This document shows, in pieces, positions 60,301 through 64,000 of a stretch of 64,000 nucleotides of DNA. The stretch is from Amphiscolops sp. MND2022. Lineage: Eukaryota. The first letter of the stretch is position 1. Every line of letters begins with the position of its first letter. Both the position numbers and the translations under genes were made by a program. The notes below the pieces were generated by a model. That model saw only the letters and a program-made list of their open reading frames with translations. It had not been told where the DNA came from and did no database searches. The DNA lies in NCBI GenBank assembly GCA_964187785.1, contig OZ076409.1, forward strand, positions 52,702,001 through 52,766,000. Direction: 5' to 3'.

Positions 60301-60757
60301 CGATAAACCGCAATTAGCAGTATCGGGCACTAAACATACCATAACCACACCAAATGGAAAAATCCTACATAGGAAAATGATTAGTAAACCCATTTCTAAC
60401 TTTAACCAGGAACAAAACAACAGAGGGATCGGGTCACGTGGACCAGACGGCCGATTTATCACATCACCGTCCAAACACAGACGAACGACGGTAATCGGAC
60501 AGCGAGTCAGAGACGCCATTAATGGATACAACAAGTCCAAAGACCCCGGAACCACAACCCAATACAACAATCAAAACGGGCACAATCGGGAGAGGCAGAC
60601 CAAAGTTGGTTCGAGACCGTACAACCCCAAACTCTCCACAAGCAACAACTACAACGGGCCCACTAACCATAGTCACAGCAAATATGACGGACACGGAAAT
60701 AGACCGTGCCATAACCGACACCAAAAACGCGGACCAAGAACTTTTTCTCAGAGATGA
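57305..60757 (+). CDS. pol: Element D pol: RT, RNase H, long spacer, integrase
   Basis: KLDLDYAY, WLDD, TTDAS, ELELLAVVWGLEHF, TDHQAL, HKGHP...CIPC, QLDFIGP, RTDKA, GLVER. Confidence 0.95.
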   Translation: MPNMEELISRISRKYADGPADEIWTSKLDLDYAYGQLILSKEAQNLCIFAVTGGDFTGNYRFLKGFYGLADIPTIFQEKIDQTLENKHPAWLDDIIIVTKGSKEQHKKELIEVLTRLENAGYRLSGNKSEFFKSEIDWIGHKIDQNGIRPLQDKLMAIKNLKQPNNEKELKPFLGAIQYLSKYIDNLSAQTDSLRQLLKKDNEWIWTEEHTAAFENLKEKITEIPCLAHYNSDYPNIITTDASTKGLGATLWQEQPDGRLKPIGFASRFLSDTEKKYAINELELLAVVWGLEHFRLYVYGKPIKLLTDHQALEPLIKRNRSNKTYSARLTRWLDRLAHFTINVSHIAGKHLALTDYLSRNPSAPPQTDEAYDEEYVINNVIPHFKFISKHGCLSNHVNQSESETVENRRKANNKPRSQDARKHIAIDCLNSSALTRNALESFKMDIKTIDNLAAVDSSAETTEIIQRWKEIVKPGIYRMTGGKWKKYHQPKFLRNERRVIEERLQQIIQGREQGDLRQRIGPQHRGGFQPQTRRSEQWTVDPFWEMDRSTPAQYENLPEPPTATTGHELFAPMPMEEGEIESETDQDPSILEVPAINWARYVGVKSVQYVKMGHAPKVLAQETDNWDLEQAVRETERNFSTDLQLLMSETTNDPVLLKTLVCLERQQHDQIPDEYLPHKKKLSSQFGLVFIEDKIIVPKNLRTTIISLLHKGHPAINKMTSAARHFWWPKMTEAIQKKCESCIPCKMSGKSIKSDIPSTEKNHLPRLENPNEEVQLDFIGPITVDNRRFHILLSMDRFSKWPAASFCTSTDGETAIKFLEQYIQLNGVPKSIRTDKATAFTESSIRNFCKEHYIKLIYGTPYIHTPTGLVERGVRTLKENLLTNIKAGERFSKALDLSLDVMRKTPHSRLKKSAFELHYGRKPNTEISNLLKLDNLEKLTKNSVSAKPDTLQVYSFNGAGGVSDQLPMKTKKNAKGVSNYPFFFLEKKHQRNKFESAYSDKPQLAVSGTKHTITTPNGKILHRKMISKPISNFNQEQNNRGIGSRGPDGRFITSPSKHRRTTVIGQRVRDAINGYNKSKDPGTTTQYNNQNGHNRERQTKVGSRPYNPKLSTSNNYNGPTNHSHSKYDGHGNRPCHNRHQKRGPRTFSQR

Positions 60758-61244
60758 AAACGGTAAGGTACTTATTAATAACTCCAGCCAGAACACTTTA
60801 GAAGATAACTCTGAAAATTCTGATCTAGACTTAGCGAGCAATTTGAGCTCAAGCACTGAAATTGACAAGGAAGAAAAGGAACCCATTCGCAGATCAAAGA
60901 GACTGACAAAAACCAACCCAATCATTAAATATAATAATCCCATTTGTCATGATTACAGGAAACACCGTAAACAGACTGAATTCGGCAACACCGGATCAAC
61001 CAACAGCACAACCGGAGGGGAAAGAAGACGATCTCTAGACCGGTCAGACACACACATCCAGACGTTACGGCCAATCGCGAACCGGAACAAACAAAGTTGC
61101 CAGGAACGGTCAACCGTCCACCAGAAACTGGACCAGTGGAGGAATACCCGCCACAACAAACATTCCAGCAACCCCATTGGCCGATCATCAGCCAATAGTA
61201 AGGGGGGGGAATGTAGAGGACAGACAAACTCTAACACAAACTAA
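60522..61244 (+). pseudogene. Element D integrase low-complexity tail (frameshifted), reading through the PPT into the 3' LTR
   Basis: GRGRPK and PIRRSKR motifs; overlaps the end of the pol ORF in another frame. Confidence 0.65.
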
Positions 61245-61409
61245 TTAGTCTGCCTTATTGTTATATTGATGCTATTTATAGTTTTGTACCTGCCTGCCAC
61301 TTAAGAGCAGATGAAGTCTATCACTTGATGATAATGAAAAAAGAGATAGCTAGAGAACAGTTGAATTTTATACAACGATTCTTTTACAAGTTTCAAACAG
61401 AATACAACA
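61212..61409 (+). repeat. 3' LTR of element D (198 bp)
   Basis: TGTAG...CAACA between PPT and TSD. Confidence 0.93.
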
Positions 61410-64000
61410 AAGGCTTACACCGAATGTCAGACACCCTGAGTTTTTATTGCTCGGTCTAATATGAGACACCCCCAATTTGTAAGGGGTAATTTTCTCTCAA
61501 ATTCTGAACTGTCAACTATTGAACAAATTTTCATACCTTAGTCTTCGATTAATCTCCAGAATAAAAATATTTATTTGAATTTTGAATCTGAAATTGTTAA
61601 TAAATCGATGAATTGATTTCGAATGACAATTGAATAATTCTATTTAATACCCGAATGTAAAACCTCCCCGTTTATGTGACGTAATTTGGCATATTGTGCG
61701 AAATATAAGGAAGCAGAATTTGGATGCATCAATCATCAGTTGCTCTGACTGCTCGTAAAAGCTGCACAACTTTCATCAGCTAAACCTTACTACTGTCTAC
61801 CATAAAAACGATATTTCTTCAGCTATAAATCATTTCCATTGTTGGTCTGTTCTTACTGCCACTACACGAAGGGAAGAATTTTATTGTGAAATATGTGAAA
61901 TATACCAGTTTTTAAGCAGTTTTTTAAACTGGAACAGGTTCAGAAACATGAGTGAAAAAATGGCCAGCAATGAATGAACCTTGTTTGACCGAAACAAGGG
62001 GAACACTTTTTTGGTGCTTGGAAAAACCACTTGGCCTTAAATCTACTCTTGATTTAAATCAAAATTCACCTTTCCAGTTTGAAGAGGGGAGAAAGAAAAA
62101 TCGACCGCGGCAAAAAAATCTTATTTTCCAAAAGAATGGAAGATGTTAAACTTGAGAAGCTTTTAGGAAAAGGTAATCACCTGATAAGAGCAAATGCATC
62201 AGAGGTCGTACTCAGCATTCGTGAACATTTTTCACAAAAAGCCAAGCCCTTAGTATCAAACCTGTGACCCATTGCAGTTCCACTGGGGTAATCGGTAAAT
62301 TACCTTATATTTTTTCAATTCTATTATTCAGAACATGAAAATTGCTGATGTCATTCTGTGGCATCTCAATCAGAAGTAAAGGAGGTATTGTTTGTAATTG
62401 TTGCGTACATTGTTGCGCTTTTCGAGAACGTTAATTCTCATGTAACGTCCAGCAGAAGGAGTATGGCCTAGTGCTGGGAAATTGCTTAGGATGCCTAGGC
62501 AGGAGAATCTAAACACTAGCTTGTACCCAATAATGGACTCCTGGAAATAATTTCCATGTCGAAGAAGATCCTCATTCTAGACTCTGGAGCGGCATGCAGG
62601 CACACCCGAAGTCCGGACACGTCCTCCAAGCATTCAAAACTGTTCCTAGGCTTCATTGAGTTCCTACATGCTTCTGAAGTATAGAGAAACTATTTTGTCT
62701 GAAATATATTAATTTGAACGTTTTTCACAAAATATGTTATCTAACAAATACATCTCACCGTAAAAAGCACACAAAAAAGTCCAGAATCACGTTTTTAGTC
62801 TTCTTTCCATTCTACGGCTTCTTTCGAAATTACGCTCATCGTGCCAGGTCTCGCTGAGACCTGCATGAGGAACAAATTTGAATTTTATTCCGAAAAAGCC
62901 AAAATACGCAATTTATTAGCAGATTTTGCTGAAATTTCTCATCTTCTGAATCTTCTTTACTCTTTCTCTGCTTTCAAGATTCTGGGAGTGTCTTCTTTTT
63001 TAGTCGGCGCTTCATGAAGTGAAACGCGACTATAGTGACTCTTTTTTTCAATCCACACGCACTGGCCAAAATAGTTCTTGAAAGTTCTACGAAATTTTAT
63101 GGTGTCAAATTGAGGCATTTGGCCCAAAAAACTGAATCAAAAAGGTTTTTCCTTTTTATTCCGCCGATCACACAATACCGAGAGAGACTAAAAGTCCCAC
63201 TTTTAGTTTTCTGTCGGCGTTGTGAGACAATTTTTCGAAAAAAAAATTTGTCCTCAAAGGGTCCTGCTTCAATTTTTTTTGATGTTTTGCGACAAAAACA
63301 TTGAAAATTCCAAAAAGGTCCTTCTAGCGCGCCAATTCGGTCCACTTTTTGGGTTTTTCGGGTACAATATAAAAATACTTAAGAATTTGAAGTCCTTATT
63401 TTGGAAGACCTTGCTATTTTTGAGCCCTATATATGGCGCTGACTGTCACAAGCGGCCGCCTGTAATGGGAACATTTATTCAATAAGCCATAACTACCAAC
63501 GGGCTTACCCAATACAATCCCATTGAACTAAAACACCCTCTTCCAAAACGGTGAACCATTATATATTGTTACTTCGTTTTAATATGCAAAATGTTGCTTA
63601 TGTTAATTGCAATCATGTTTTGATTTAATACCGATACTAGACACCAAGTGTACAAGCGAGAAGGAAACGAGTTCAAATGCCTTCCCGCTTGGCGTGGTGG
63701 ACTAGGTGTCCAAATTGCTGTCAGTCAGACAATCACGGTGCAGTGTCATTAGAATCAAAGAATTATTTTATTCTGTCACAATAGCTGACTGAGTCGTTGA
63801 GCCGTACACATCCTAATTATTTTTAGTAACATGACGACACTTCGTTCAGAGATGTATCAGATTAATGATAGCAAATACCTTGATCTATTTATAGCTCGAC
63901 GATCATGGAAATTACGGGTGTCATTCTGGCTTGGGTAATTATACCCGAAACAAAGAGGCCTTGGGACAAAAATGTAAAAGTTACCTGAAATCCAGTCTGA

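Larger units (their letters stand above)
55508..61409 (+). mobile_element. Ty3/Gypsy LTR retrotransposon D
   Basis: LTRs 55508-55652 (truncated) and 61212-61409, perfect TSD AAGGC (55503-55507, 61410-61414), PPT AAGGGGGGGGAA at 61200-61211. Confidence 0.95.

Noticed and set aside
63665..63730. tRNA gene or tRNA-derived SINE head
   Set aside because: B-box-like GTTCAAAT lies upstream of the A-box-like motif and no cloverleaf forms

Overview
Eukaryotic (probably invertebrate) repeat-dense window: about three quarters is transposable-element DNA and no host gene can be supported. It holds five Ty3/Gypsy-type LTR elements (A: 1-10648, minus, runs off the left edge; C: 12772-17637, non-autonomous; B: 24496-42790, minus, complete with TSD; E: ~48820-51632, decayed; D: 55508-61409), one internally deleted Ty1/Copia element (20369-23154), a decayed CR1/L2-like LINE and several MITE-like inverted repeats. 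The notable object is the A/B/C lineage. It has large LTRs (1.6-2.4 kb). Gag starts deep inside the 5' LTR and reads through the PBS. A conserved -1 frameshift joins gag to pol, and B and C show no canonical polypurine tract. Between pol and the 3' LTR lies a divergently arranged accessory cassette: (i) an antisense, intron-containing ~1100-aa gene with a BED/hAT-like zinc finger, homologous between A and B with a shared intron position, and (ii) a sense ORF running across the PPT site into U3, whose C-x-C...H-x-C motif is conserved through synonymous changes between B and C. The two are separated by a TGACGT-rich spacer that the non-autonomous copy also keeps. All family and function assignments come from motif recognition by eye; no searches were run.
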